DNA from: Methanomassiliicoccales archaeon
GTDB taxonomy: Archaea; Thermoplasmatota; Thermoplasmata; Methanomassiliicoccales; UBA472
Direction of reading: 5' to 3'
DNA: 64,000 nucleotides
NCBI GenBank assembly: GCA_026394375.1
Contig: JAPKYJ010000024.1
Span: 101,577-165,576, forward strand
The position numbers and the translations under genes are program-made. Positions 55,574-64,000 of the stretch are shown in pieces (the first letter of the stretch is position 1; the number at the start of each line of letters is the position of its first letter). The notes under the pieces were generated by a model, which worked only from the letters and a program-made list of their open reading frames with translations, did not search any database and was not told the DNA's origin.

Positions 55574-58279
55574 GTGAACAGGACCACGCGCAAGTCATTC
55601 CTCACCATCAAGGAGAAGGTCCTGCTCCACCTTCTCACCTTCCATCGCTTCTGCCAGGATGCCGATGCTCCCAAAGGGGTGACCCAAGAGGGCATAGCCA
55701 TCGGCGTGGGTGTGGGAAGGAACAACGTGACCAAGCTCGTCGTCGAGCTATCCGCGGCGGGAGCGGTGGAGATCCAGAACAAGCATGTCAAGGGGCTGTC
55801 CAGCACGCGCAAGGTCTACTTCCTTACCCATCGAGGGTTCGAAGAGGCCCTGACCCTGAAGAAGGAAGTGGAGGCGCTCGAGGTCCGGGTGGTGGACATG
55901 CAAGGTCAGGAGCACCGGGAGGAGTTCGGTCGGGTGGGCGTGTACCTGCCGAGGCGCTTTTCCTTGGTGGAGCTGGCCTTGGGAGTGGAGAGGGGTCGAT
56001 TCGACTGTGCCTCCTTCCACGAAGGCAAGGTCAAGGAGGAACGAAGGTTCGTCGATTTCACTGACCGGAAGCCAACGATCCGCGTGTTCTACGGTCGGGA
56101 AGAGGAGCTGGCCCGCCTCAACGAGCTCGTGGACTCGGAGGTCACTCGCCTGGTTGTAGTTCAAGGCATCGCGGGCATCGGCAAGACAACCCTATTGGCC
56201 AAGTTCGCGCAGGACCGACGGGAAAGGGTGAACACTTTCTGGTTCCGCATCCATGAGTGGATGAACCTCAAGGGGTTGTTGCGGCCTATCGCCGAGTTCC
56301 TCTCCCAGCTGGGTAAGAAAGGATTGGAGTGGTACCTGACCCAGACCGAAGCCCCCAATCTAGGCGAGATCAGTCATCTCCTGGAGACGGACCTAAGGGA
56401 TGTGACCGCGCTCATCATCCTGGATGATGTGCACAAGTCGGAGCGGGGGGTGTTGGATTTTCTGGGCGCCTTGATGGGCACGCTCGAGCACACCCCGAAC
56501 ATCAAGCTGATATGCACCAGCCGGGAATCGTTAGCCTTCTACCACCGTAGCGCGGTCATGAATGGAGTGGTGGTGGAGATCCATCTAGGTGGTTTGGACC
56601 GGGAAAGCAGCATGCGCCTGATGCGCGACCGTGCACTGCCCGAGGAAGCGCTTGAAGACATCTACCGCATCACCAAAGGCCACCCCTTCTTCATGGAACT
56701 GGTGGAGGACCCCAAGCTGGCTCTGGGCAAGAGCATCCGCATGTTCATCGAGCAAGAGGTGCAATCCAAGCTGGAGATCACGGAAAAACGCATCCTGGAG
56801 ATCGCCTCGGTCTTCCGTTATCCAGTGTCGACCGATTCCTTCTTCGTCATGGAAGAGGAGATCGCCAAGGAACAAGGCCAGGGTCACAAGGAACGTTCCT
56901 ACCAGGATTATATGGTGGACTACGACACCATCGAGGTCCTGATCCGAAAGGCATTGCTGAACGAGACCTCCGGGCGCATGGTAGGCATGCACGACGTCAT
57001 GCGCGAGTTCTTCTACTCCAGACTTTCGCCCAGACAGAGGAGGGTGTACCACAAGGCCGCTTCCAGGTACTACCAGGGAGACGAGACCGCCCCCTCTTAT
57101 GTCGAGGCCCTATACCACAGCATCATGGCAGGCGAACTCGATGTGGCGGCTCAGATAGCCGCGGCCAATGGCCGGGATATCCTCACCCGGGGTTATGCCA
57201 GCCTCCTGGCTCCATTGCTGGCGAGCATCTCGGAAAGGCAGGGGGGCGAAGTGAGGGACCACATCGAGATACTCCTCCTGCAAGCGGAGATATGGGACAT
57301 CCAGGGAGAATGGGAGAAGGCGCTCGATCGATACGTGGAGCTGCTGAGCACGGCCTCGCCCGAAAATGACCGCCGGCTGCTGGCGGAAGTGAACCGCCGA
57401 GTGGGAGTGGTGCACCTGCGCCGCTACGAGTACCAGGAAGCGGGCGTCTATCTGAAACGCAGCCAGGAAATCGCAGAAAGCATCCAGGACTCGCACACCC
57501 TTACCCAAGTGCATTATGACCTGGGGGGAGTGGCGGAACGGGAGGGGCGCTTCCAAGAGGCCGTAGAACATTTCACGCGGGCCGAGGAGCTGGCCAAGTC
57601 CATCGGCGACGATGTTGGCCACGGCAAGGCGATTCATGGCATCGGCAAGGCCTATAGTCAGCTCAGGGACCTGGAAACGGCGGTGCGCTACAAGCGGCAG
57701 GCGCTGGAGGTGCTGGAGCGGACCTCGGACCAGGACGAGATCGCCAAGGTCTGTGCTTCCCTGGGGAATGACCTCTGGAACCTCGGGTTCAGGGACGAAG
57801 GCATTCATCAGCTCGAACGGGCAGTGGAGCTGGCATGCTCGGTAGGTGACATTGTCGTTCAGGGCTATGCTCTATCCAACCTGGCAGGCTCGTACGTGGA
57901 GATCGGCAACGTGAAGAAGGCGGAGATCACGCTCGAACGGTCGGAGCAGATCGCCCAAAAACTGAACGAGCGCTTCTTGTTGGCCGCCTCGCACCTGTAT
58001 CGTGGCTATCTATATCATAAGAAGGGGGACTGGGAATGGGCCAAGGAGGAGTTCGCCACAAGCTTGCAGATAATGAGGGATGCCAATTCGCCCCTGAGGC
58101 TCTGTTACTGGATGTGCGAGATCGCAGTGACCTACCGTGAGAATTCGGATCTTGAAGGGGCTGACCAGCTGTTCGAAGAGGCCATGACGATTGCCAAAGG
58201 CACTGGCCAAGAAAGCCTTGTCAAACAAGTGGAAGAGATGAAGCAGTCCGTCAAAGGCTCAAAGAAAATGGAGAAGTAA
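55574..58279 (+). CDS. wHTH - STAND/AAA ATPase - TPR repeat protein
   Basis: 901 aa. N-terminal wHTH-like segment (GVTQEGIAIGVGVGRNNVTKLVVELSAAGAVE). FYGREEELARL...VVVQGIAGIGKTTLLAKF (Walker A) and LIILDDVHK (Walker B). The C-terminal ~350 aa are TPR-like repeats. Confidence 0.8.
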   Translation: MNRTTRKSFLTIKEKVLLHLLTFHRFCQDADAPKGVTQEGIAIGVGVGRNNVTKLVVELSAAGAVEIQNKHVKGLSSTRKVYFLTHRGFEEALTLKKEVEALEVRVVDMQGQEHREEFGRVGVYLPRRFSLVELALGVERGRFDCASFHEGKVKEERRFVDFTDRKPTIRVFYGREEELARLNELVDSEVTRLVVVQGIAGIGKTTLLAKFAQDRRERVNTFWFRIHEWMNLKGLLRPIAEFLSQLGKKGLEWYLTQTEAPNLGEISHLLETDLRDVTALIILDDVHKSERGVLDFLGALMGTLEHTPNIKLICTSRESLAFYHRSAVMNGVVVEIHLGGLDRESSMRLMRDRALPEEALEDIYRITKGHPFFMELVEDPKLALGKSIRMFIEQEVQSKLEITEKRILEIASVFRYPVSTDSFFVMEEEIAKEQGQGHKERSYQDYMVDYDTIEVLIRKALLNETSGRMVGMHDVMREFFYSRLSPRQRRVYHKAASRYYQGDETAPSYVEALYHSIMAGELDVAAQIAAANGRDILTRGYASLLAPLLASISERQGGEVRDHIEILLLQAEIWDIQGEWEKALDRYVELLSTASPENDRRLLAEVNRRVGVVHLRRYEYQEAGVYLKRSQEIAESIQDSHTLTQVHYDLGGVAEREGRFQEAVEHFTRAEELAKSIGDDVGHGKAIHGIGKAYSQLRDLETAVRYKRQALEVLERTSDQDEIAKVCASLGNDLWNLGFRDEGIHQLERAVELACSVGDIVVQGYALSNLAGSYVEIGNVKKAEITLERSEQIAQKLNERFLLAASHLYRGYLYHKKGDWEWAKEEFATSLQIMRDANSPLRLCYWMCEIAVTYRENSDLEGADQLFEEAMTIAKGTGQESLVKQVEEMKQSVKGSKKMEK

Positions 58280-58308
58280 GGAGTTTAGGAGGACTGAATT
58301 GCTAAGCT

Positions 58309-58464
58309 CTAATGGGGGTCCAACATCGGGATGGTGTGGGGGTCCAACATCGGAATCCCAAGAACAGCTGCATTCGCATCGACGCAAGAGCATGCAATCG
58401 CAAGCCCAGCCGCGGCGGCGATGAACGATATCGCCGCAACCATCGTCACTACCTTCGGGTTCAT
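58309..58464 (-). CDS. small putative secreted/lipobox peptide with a duplicated C-terminal heptapeptide
   Basis: 51 aa from the internal Met: MNPKVVTMVAAISFIAAAAGLAIACSCVDANAAVLGIPMLDPHTIPMLDPH. Hydrophobic signal ending in a lipobox-like AIAC. Weak call. Confidence 0.3.
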   Translation of the reverse strand: MNPKVVTMVAAISFIAAAAGLAIACSCVDANAAVLGIPMLDPHTIPMLDPH

Positions 58465-58660
58465 TGAGTCACCTTGAGTTGTATTGGCAGTTTTGACCTG
58501 GAAAATATATAATAGGTGTTTGAGCATGCTACAGTTAATCTTTTATATTAGGATGCCGAAATTCGTCTGCTGGCTGTCCCAATATGGCGAATTCCGTGTC
58601 TTCACCTCGCGGTAGGAAGGGAAAGGCTCATCCGCGACCGCGCAATGCAGGAGCGAGAAG

Positions 58661-59356
58661 ATGCGGAACGTGCTCCGGCCGAAGGCCGTTGTTTTCGACC
58701 TTGACAACACCCTCGTGGAGAGCGCGGTCGATTTCCAAGAGATGCGCAGGAGGGTGGTCGCGGAGCTGGAGCGGTGCGGGGCCTCCAGGCACGCCGTGGA
58801 CACCGAGAAGACCGTACTGACGAACATCCGAGAAGGACGCAACTACCTCTCTAGACTGCGGGACGAAAGTTACCTCTTAGATCTGGATGTGCGTCTGGGA
58901 GGCATCCTCACGGACTGCGAGCTGAGCACCTTGCCTATGGTCAAAGCCGTGGAAGGTGCCCATGATGCCCTGGCGATGCTTGGATCCCAGGGTCTTGCCT
59001 TGGGCGTTCTCACCCGCGGATCGAGACCCTATGCCTCTGCCGCCCTGCGGAAGGTGGGACTCGACGAGGTGCTGCATCACATGGTCTGCCGCGACGACCA
59101 CCCCCTGGAAGAAGCGAAGCCCAACCCTTTGGCGATGCAGCGTATCGCATCCAAGCTTGGGGTTCATGCCCGGGAGTGCCTCTACGTGGGCGATCACCTC
59201 ATCGACCTGGAATGCGCCCGTGCCTCCGGATCCGCGTTCGTAGGGGTTCTGACCGGGGTGATGACCGTCGAGGAGTGGCGGAAGCACACCTGCCCGCAGG
59301 TGGTGAGGAGCGTGGCCGATATCCCTAGTACAATAGCGCTCCGCGGTGCCAGATAG
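58661..59356 (+). CDS. HAD-superfamily phosphatase
   Basis: 231 aa. AVVFDLDNTLV (motif I), VLTRGS (motif II), VGDHLIDLECARASG (motif IV). Confidence 0.8.
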   Translation: MRNVLRPKAVVFDLDNTLVESAVDFQEMRRRVVAELERCGASRHAVDTEKTVLTNIREGRNYLSRLRDESYLLDLDVRLGGILTDCELSTLPMVKAVEGAHDALAMLGSQGLALGVLTRGSRPYASAALRKVGLDEVLHHMVCRDDHPLEEAKPNPLAMQRIASKLGVHARECLYVGDHLIDLECARASGSAFVGVLTGVMTVEEWRKHTCPQVVRSVADIPSTIALRGAR

Positions 59357-59399
59357 ATGCGAGGATATCGCTTATCTCTCCTGAGCTGCATGCAATCTC

Positions 59400-59786
59400 A
59401 TGCACAAGATCATCTTCACCGAGCACGCGCCGCGACCTGTCGGACCCTATTCGCAAGCAGTGGTCATGGGGAACATGCTTTTCTGCTCCGGTCAGATCGG
59501 CCTCGATCCTGCCACTGGAAAGCTCGTCCCCGGGAACGTGGCCGAGGAGACGGATCAATGCCTGCGCAATCTGTCCAAGGTACTGGAGGCTGGCGGAAGT
59601 GCGCTGAGCAAGGTCATCAAGACCACCGTCTTCGTGACGGACCTGGCTCATTTCAAGGAAGTGAACGAAGCATATGCATCGTTCTTTCCCGAGTCACCAC
59701 CTGCAAGGAGCGCCGTGCAAGTGAGCGCCCTGCCGCTAAGCGCGCGGGTGGAGATCGAGGCCATCGCCTTCTTGAGCGGTGACTAG
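59400..59786 (+). CDS. ridA: RidA/YjgF-family reactive intermediate deaminase
   Basis: 128 aa. APRPVGPYSQAV, KTTVFVTDL, PARSAVQVSALP, VEIEAIA. Confidence 0.9.
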   Translation: MHKIIFTEHAPRPVGPYSQAVVMGNMLFCSGQIGLDPATGKLVPGNVAEETDQCLRNLSKVLEAGGSALSKVIKTTVFVTDLAHFKEVNEAYASFFPESPPARSAVQVSALPLSARVEIEAIAFLSGD

Positions 59787-60382
59787 GCCAGGCTCTTCAG
59801 CTTCTCGTACTTCTCCTGGAAGGCCTTCTGACAGGTCTGGCAGCAAAGGTAGTAGTCCTTCCCGTCCAACTTCATCTTCACCGCTTCGTCGCGAATCTCC
59901 TTCTTGCAGTAGATGCATTGGAGGACCACCGTCAGCCCAGGGGTCACCAACGCCCTTTGGTCCTCCCGCATCACCCCGATGATGCTGGCGACGTCGTACT
60001 CGATGATCTCCGGCTGCTCGGACAGACGGCTGACGAAGTCGTTGACCATATGCGACTCGGTGAAGCTGCACAAGAGCAGCACTCTGCTGTTGCTGGTGAG
60101 ATATACTTGTCGAACATGCTCGCTCTGCTTCAATCTCTCCCCCAATGGACGAAGCTCCGATGGCTTGGCCTTGATGGTGATGATGACGCAAATCTCTCCC
60201 AACTTCTCCGGGTCTAATAGGGCAGTGTAACCGCGTATGACGCCAGTGTTCTCCATGTTGGCGATCTTGCTGCTGACCGTGGGGACGCTGACCCCGACCC
60301 GCTCGGCGATCTGCCTGAAGGAGAGGCGCCCGTTCTCCTGGAGCACTTTCAGAATGCTCACATCCGTCCCGTCCAGGTTCAT
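59783..60382 (-). CDS. Lrp/AsnC-family regulator with a C-terminal TRASH metal-binding domain (CopR-like)
   Basis: 199 aa. HTH LDGTDVSILKVLQENGRLSFRQIAERVGVSVPTV and C-terminal CIYCKKEI...YYLCCQTCQKAF. Divergent from copA. Confidence 0.85.
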   Translation of the reverse strand: MNLDGTDVSILKVLQENGRLSFRQIAERVGVSVPTVSSKIANMENTGVIRGYTALLDPEKLGEICVIITIKAKPSELRPLGERLKQSEHVRQVYLTSNSRVLLLCSFTESHMVNDFVSRLSEQPEIIEYDVASIIGVMREDQRALVTPGLTVVLQCIYCKKEIRDEAVKMKLDGKDYYLCCQTCQKAFQEKYEKLKSLA

Positions 60383-60513
60383 GAACGTAAGATTCCTCGA
60401 CCTGAGTTAAAGTTTTCGGGGTATCTTCACGTTCGTTAAGTCCTGGCGCTTCGAATGATAGCGAACGTCAGGCAGAACTGACTTCTAGGTGGGCCTGCAA
60501 TAGCCACGCCGTC

Positions 60514-63027
60514 ATGGCAGAAGAGAAGGACGAGCACGAAAAAGCGGCGGAACGCCAGCATGCTGAGAAGCGCACCGCTTCCTTTGGCTTGACAGGCATG
60601 ACCTGCGCCACCTGCGCGGAGACGATCCAACGGAGCCTGGTCGATCTTTCCGGCGTGGATGATGCTCAGGTCAACTTTGCCACCGAGCGCGCCACCGTCT
60701 CCTACGATCCTAAGAAGGTGAACGTCGAACGGTTGAAGGCAGCGGTCAGGGACGCAGGATATGACCTGGTCATCAACGACGCCACCATCTTGGTGGGGGG
60801 GATGACCTGCGCCACCTGCGTGGAGACCATCGAATTGGCGCTGCTGGAGTTGGACGGAGTGCAGGCAGCCGTAGCGAACCTGACCACGGAGAAAGTGAAG
60901 GTGGTCTACGACCCCTCGCGCATCCGCATGGCGGACATCAAGCGCAAGATCCGTGAGGTCGGATACGAAGTCATCGAGGCCGAGACCCGGGACGCGGAGA
61001 AGGAAGCGAGGGAAAGGGAGATGCGCCGACAGAAACGGCTGCTCTACTTCTCCCTGGTCTTCTCAATTCCCACGCTGGCGCTCGCCCTGGCCATGATGTT
61101 CACCGACCTGGGCAAGGTCGAGTTCTTCATGCTGTACGGCAACCTGGTGCTTTTCTTCCTGGCCACTCCCGTGCAGTTCGTGGCCGGCTACCATTTCTAC
61201 ATCAACGCCTACAAGGCGCTGCGCAACCGCTCTGCCACCATGGACACGCTCATAGCCGTTGGCACTTCCGCTGCCTATCTATACAGCGTGGCGGTGGTCT
61301 TCTTCCCCGATGCGGTGGCGTTCAAGGATACCTACTTCGACTCCTCGGCCATGATCATCACCCTCATCCTCTTCGGCAAGTATCTGGAGGCGAAGGCCAA
61401 AGGCAGTACTTCCGAGGCTATCCGCAAGCTAGTGGACCTGCAGGCCAAGACCGCTCGGGTGGTCAGGGAAGGCATCGAGGTGGAGGTGCCTGTGGACGAC
61501 GTCGACGTGGGCGAGGTATTCGTCGTTCGGCCGGGGGAGAAGGTGCCGACCGATGGCGAGGTGATTGAGGGCTTTTCGGCGGTCGACGAGTCCATGCTCA
61601 CCGGCGAGAGCATCCCGGTGGAGAAGCGCACGAATTCGGAGGTCATCGGCGGTTCGATAAACAAGAACGGCTTGCTGCGGGTTCGTGCCACCAGGGTGGG
61701 GAAGGACACCGCCTTAGCGCAGATCGTCCGCCTGGTGGAAGATGCCCAAGGCTCCAAGGCACCAGTACAACGACTCGCAGACCGAGTGGCAGGCGTGTTC
61801 GTGCCCACGGTCATCAGCATTGCCGTTCTGACCTTCCTCCTTTGGTACTTCCTTGCCTACGGACAATTCGCGGACATGCCCGCCCCGAGGTTCGTCTTCT
61901 CGCTCACGGCCTTCATATCCGTGCTGGTGATCGCCTGCCCGTGCGCCCTTGGCCTGGCGACCCCGACGGCCATCATGGTCGGCACGGGACGAGGGGCGGA
62001 GAACGGCATCCTGATCAAGGGCGGAGAGGCCCTGGAGATCGCTGGCAATGTCCAGGTAATGGCGTTCGACAAGACCGGCACTCTGACCAAAGGTGAGCCA
62101 GAGGTGACGGATGTCGTGCCCATCGCCGCCGATGAGAAGGAGATCATCGCACTGGCTGCCGTGGCCGAGAAGGGCTCCGAACATCCCCTCGGTCAGGCCA
62201 TATTGAGGCGGGCACAGTCGCTGGGCATCAAGATCGCAGATTCCGAGGCTTTCGAGAACCTGCCTGGTCGCGGCGTCAGGGTGGAAAGCGCCGGACGCGT
62301 TCTGCTGCTGGGCAACCGCAAGCTCATGGCGGAGTACAAGGTGCCTCTGGAATCGGCCGAGGGCAAGGTGTTCGCTGTGGAAGAGCAAGGTAGGACGGCC
62401 ATGATCCTGGCGGCCGATTCGAAGGTGCTGGGGATCATCGCGGTGGCGGATGTCGCCAAGGAGAGCGCCCCTGAGGCCATCCAAGCCCTCAAAGATATGG
62501 GCATTGAGGTGGTGATGATCACCGGCGACAACCGTCGCACCGCCAACGTCATAGCCAAGCAGCTGGGCATCGAGCGCGTGCTGGCCGAAGTCCTCCCCGA
62601 GGACAAGGCCAAGGAAGTGGAGAAGCTGCAGAAGGAGGGCAAGGTGGTCGCCATGGTCGGAGATGGCGTGAACGACGCACCCGCCCTGGCGAAGGCGGAC
62701 GTGGGCATCGCCATCGGTTCTGGGACGGACGTTGCGATAGAGACCGGCAGCATAGTGCTCATCCGCAACGACCTGAAGGACGTGGTGGCAGCGATCCAGC
62801 TCTCCAAGAGGACCATGCGGAAGATCCGGCAGAATCTTTTCTGGGCATTCGGCTACAACACGGCCGGCATTCCTCTGGCCGCTGGGCTGCTGTTCCCGTT
62901 CTTCCACGTGCTGCTCCCGCCCATCGTGGCCGCGGGGGCAATGGCTCTCAGCTCCGTGTCGGTGGTTTCCAACGCGGCGCTGCTGAAGAGATACACTCCT
63001 GAGATCAAGAGAAAGGAGAAGAGGTGA
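60514..63027 (+). CDS. copA: copper-translocating P1B-type ATPase with two N-terminal HMA domains
   Basis: 837 aa. Two GMTCATC motifs, CPC in a TM helix, DKTGTLT, GDGVNDAP. Confidence 0.95.
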   Translation: MAEEKDEHEKAAERQHAEKRTASFGLTGMTCATCAETIQRSLVDLSGVDDAQVNFATERATVSYDPKKVNVERLKAAVRDAGYDLVINDATILVGGMTCATCVETIELALLELDGVQAAVANLTTEKVKVVYDPSRIRMADIKRKIREVGYEVIEAETRDAEKEAREREMRRQKRLLYFSLVFSIPTLALALAMMFTDLGKVEFFMLYGNLVLFFLATPVQFVAGYHFYINAYKALRNRSATMDTLIAVGTSAAYLYSVAVVFFPDAVAFKDTYFDSSAMIITLILFGKYLEAKAKGSTSEAIRKLVDLQAKTARVVREGIEVEVPVDDVDVGEVFVVRPGEKVPTDGEVIEGFSAVDESMLTGESIPVEKRTNSEVIGGSINKNGLLRVRATRVGKDTALAQIVRLVEDAQGSKAPVQRLADRVAGVFVPTVISIAVLTFLLWYFLAYGQFADMPAPRFVFSLTAFISVLVIACPCALGLATPTAIMVGTGRGAENGILIKGGEALEIAGNVQVMAFDKTGTLTKGEPEVTDVVPIAADEKEIIALAAVAEKGSEHPLGQAILRRAQSLGIKIADSEAFENLPGRGVRVESAGRVLLLGNRKLMAEYKVPLESAEGKVFAVEEQGRTAMILAADSKVLGIIAVADVAKESAPEAIQALKDMGIEVVMITGDNRRTANVIAKQLGIERVLAEVLPEDKAKEVEKLQKEGKVVAMVGDGVNDAPALAKADVGIAIGSGTDVAIETGSIVLIRNDLKDVVAAIQLSKRTMRKIRQNLFWAFGYNTAGIPLAAGLLFPFFHVLLPPIVAAGAMALSSVSVVSNAALLKRYTPEIKRKEKR

Positions 63028-63031
63028 ATCG

Positions 63032-63181
63032 ATGACCGCAATAGACCCGATATGCAAGATGGAAGTGAATGAGAAGACCGCCAAATGGAAATCGAACTAC
63101 AAGGGCAAGGGCTACTACTTCTGCGCCCCCGGCTGCAAGAAGAGGTTCGACTCCGACCCGGATAAGTATTCGAAGGGCTGA
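63032..63181 (+). CDS. small TRASH/YHS-domain metal-binding protein (below the ORF-track cutoff)
   Basis: Hand translation: MTAIDPICKMEVNEKTAKWKSNYKGKGYYFCAPGCKKRFDSDPDKYSKG (49 aa). Starts 4 nt after the copA stop. Confidence 0.65.
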   Translation: MTAIDPICKMEVNEKTAKWKSNYKGKGYYFCAPGCKKRFDSDPDKYSKG

Positions 63182-63314
63182 GTCGGCAATCCTCTTCCTC
63201 GCCTTCTCTCAATGAGAAGGATGATCGCCTGAACGTTCAGCGCTAGATCCGCTGGAATAGCCGGAGGCAGAAGAATCTAGGATAGAAGAGCATGGAAGGC
63301 GTTTGAGAAACGGA

Positions 63315-64000
63315 TCAGTGCTTGTGCTCCGCCTTCTCCTTCTTGGCCCGTTCCGCTTCGTAGATCTCCGCCTTGGCCTCGAACTGCTCCACCCGGGGCA
63401 ACATCTTCTTGCCCATTCCGGCGGCGTCCATGGCGATCTCGAACAGCTTGGACGAGATGCCGATGCCGAAGCGGGTCTTCATCTCCAGGAGCTTGCCGGG
63501 GTTCATTATCTCATTGGCATCCAGCGCATTCTTGATGCGCTTCATCTGCTCAGTGCCATCCTTTCCCCGGATGATCTGCAGGTTGGCGGCGAAGAACGCC
63601 CCGAAGCCGAGCGGTCTGCCTCCGTGCTCGAATGAGGCGTCCGAGAGCTTCTTGTTGTAGGCGTAGGACATCATGCTAATGAGCGAGTCCGTGTCCAGAT
63701 AGTAGTAGGGCATGAACATGACCGTGTTGCGGTCGCACATGATGCCGATGATCGCGCCTTCCATCTTGAACTCCTTCAGCAGGTCGTAGCACTTCTGGGT
63801 GACGACCTTGAAGTCCTTGAGCCTGACGACAACTTCTCCAGGGATGGCGCCCAACCCGACCTCGCGGGAGCGGAACTCGTAGCAGCGCTCGTCCCATTCG
63901 TGGACGCCGACCTCAGGCGCCATCTTCTTGCCGCCGTGCTTGGCCACGATCGCGTCGACGAACGCTTCCTGACGTTCCACGTCCTCCTTCGTGCCGTCGA
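63315..64000 (-). CDS. FAD-linked oxidase family protein, C-terminal part (partial; continues beyond the window end)
   Basis: The frame stays open to nt 64000. HGGRPLGFGAFF...MKRIKNALDANEIMNPGKLL is typical of the FAD-oxidase C-terminal domain (GlcD/D-lactate dehydrogenase-like). Confidence 0.7.
   Translation of the reverse strand, partial: DGTKEDVERQEAFVDAIVAKHGGKKMAPEVGVHEWDERCYEFRSREVGLGAIPGEVVVRLKDFKVVTQKCYDLLKEFKMEGAIIGIMCDRNTVMFMPYYYLDTDSLISMMSYAYNKKLSDASFEHGGRPLGFGAFFAANLQIIRGKDGTEQMKRIKNALDANEIMNPGKLLEMKTRFGIGISSKLFEIAMDAAGMGKKMLPRVEQFEAKAEIYEAERAKKEKAEHKH

Noticed and set aside
61714-63084. 456-aa ORF antisense to copA. Similar long antisense or out-of-frame ORFs occur at 51981-53210, 25259-26179, 3301-4164 and 9874-10959.
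   Set aside because: All lie inside confidently identified genes and show low-complexity Arg/Gly/His/Pro-rich translations with no recognisable motifs.
1-64000. CRISPR arrays, rRNA genes, and in-frame TAG (pyrrolysine) genes
   Set aside because: There are no regularly spaced direct repeats of 25-40 bp and no rRNA-like conserved blocks. No gene other than the peroxiredoxin (TGA) appears split by an in-frame stop. TAG ends the peroxiredoxin gene as a normal stop.

Overview
GC-rich archaeal chromosomal segment. The gene content is archaeal: archaeal-type SAM synthetase, FEN1, S27ae/S24e, Spt4/Rpo7, deoxyhypusine synthase, aconitase-X, membrane pyrophosphatase, intron-containing tRNA and type-A RNase P RNA. 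It looks like a Thermoplasmata/Methanomassiliicoccales-like euryarchaeon, but that assignment is inference only. The window is densely coding (about 70 genes) and mostly housekeeping: ileS, fen, rpe, rnz, metK, nrdJ, dys, hppA, copA, a ribosomal/RNA polymerase operon, transporters and small regulators. I found two tRNAs and an RNase P RNA that the ORF track cannot show. I saw no CRISPR array and no rRNA. Best candidates for something new: (1) a tightly coupled five-gene operon (7486-11523) encoding an SPFH/band-7 protein with a triple zinc-ribbon tail, three paralogous N-terminal zinc-ribbon proteins (two membrane anchored) and a small helical protein, a candidate archaeal membrane-stress/remodelling module. 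(2) A family of DUF835/KaiC-like domains scattered across the window. One copy is fused with HhH motifs and a zinc ribbon to the C-terminus of isoleucyl-tRNA synthetase. Two copies form a convergent overlapping pair next to a wHTH-STAND-TPR ATPase. Other observations: a peroxiredoxin split by one in-frame TGA at a conserved Trp position; an AcnX small subunit-Nudix fusion with no usable start codon and an 8-nt duplication at the subunit junction; a tRNA-Arg(CCG) with two introns; and a 1.7-kb relic integrated element at tRNA-Leu carrying a BspA-type LRR surface protein.
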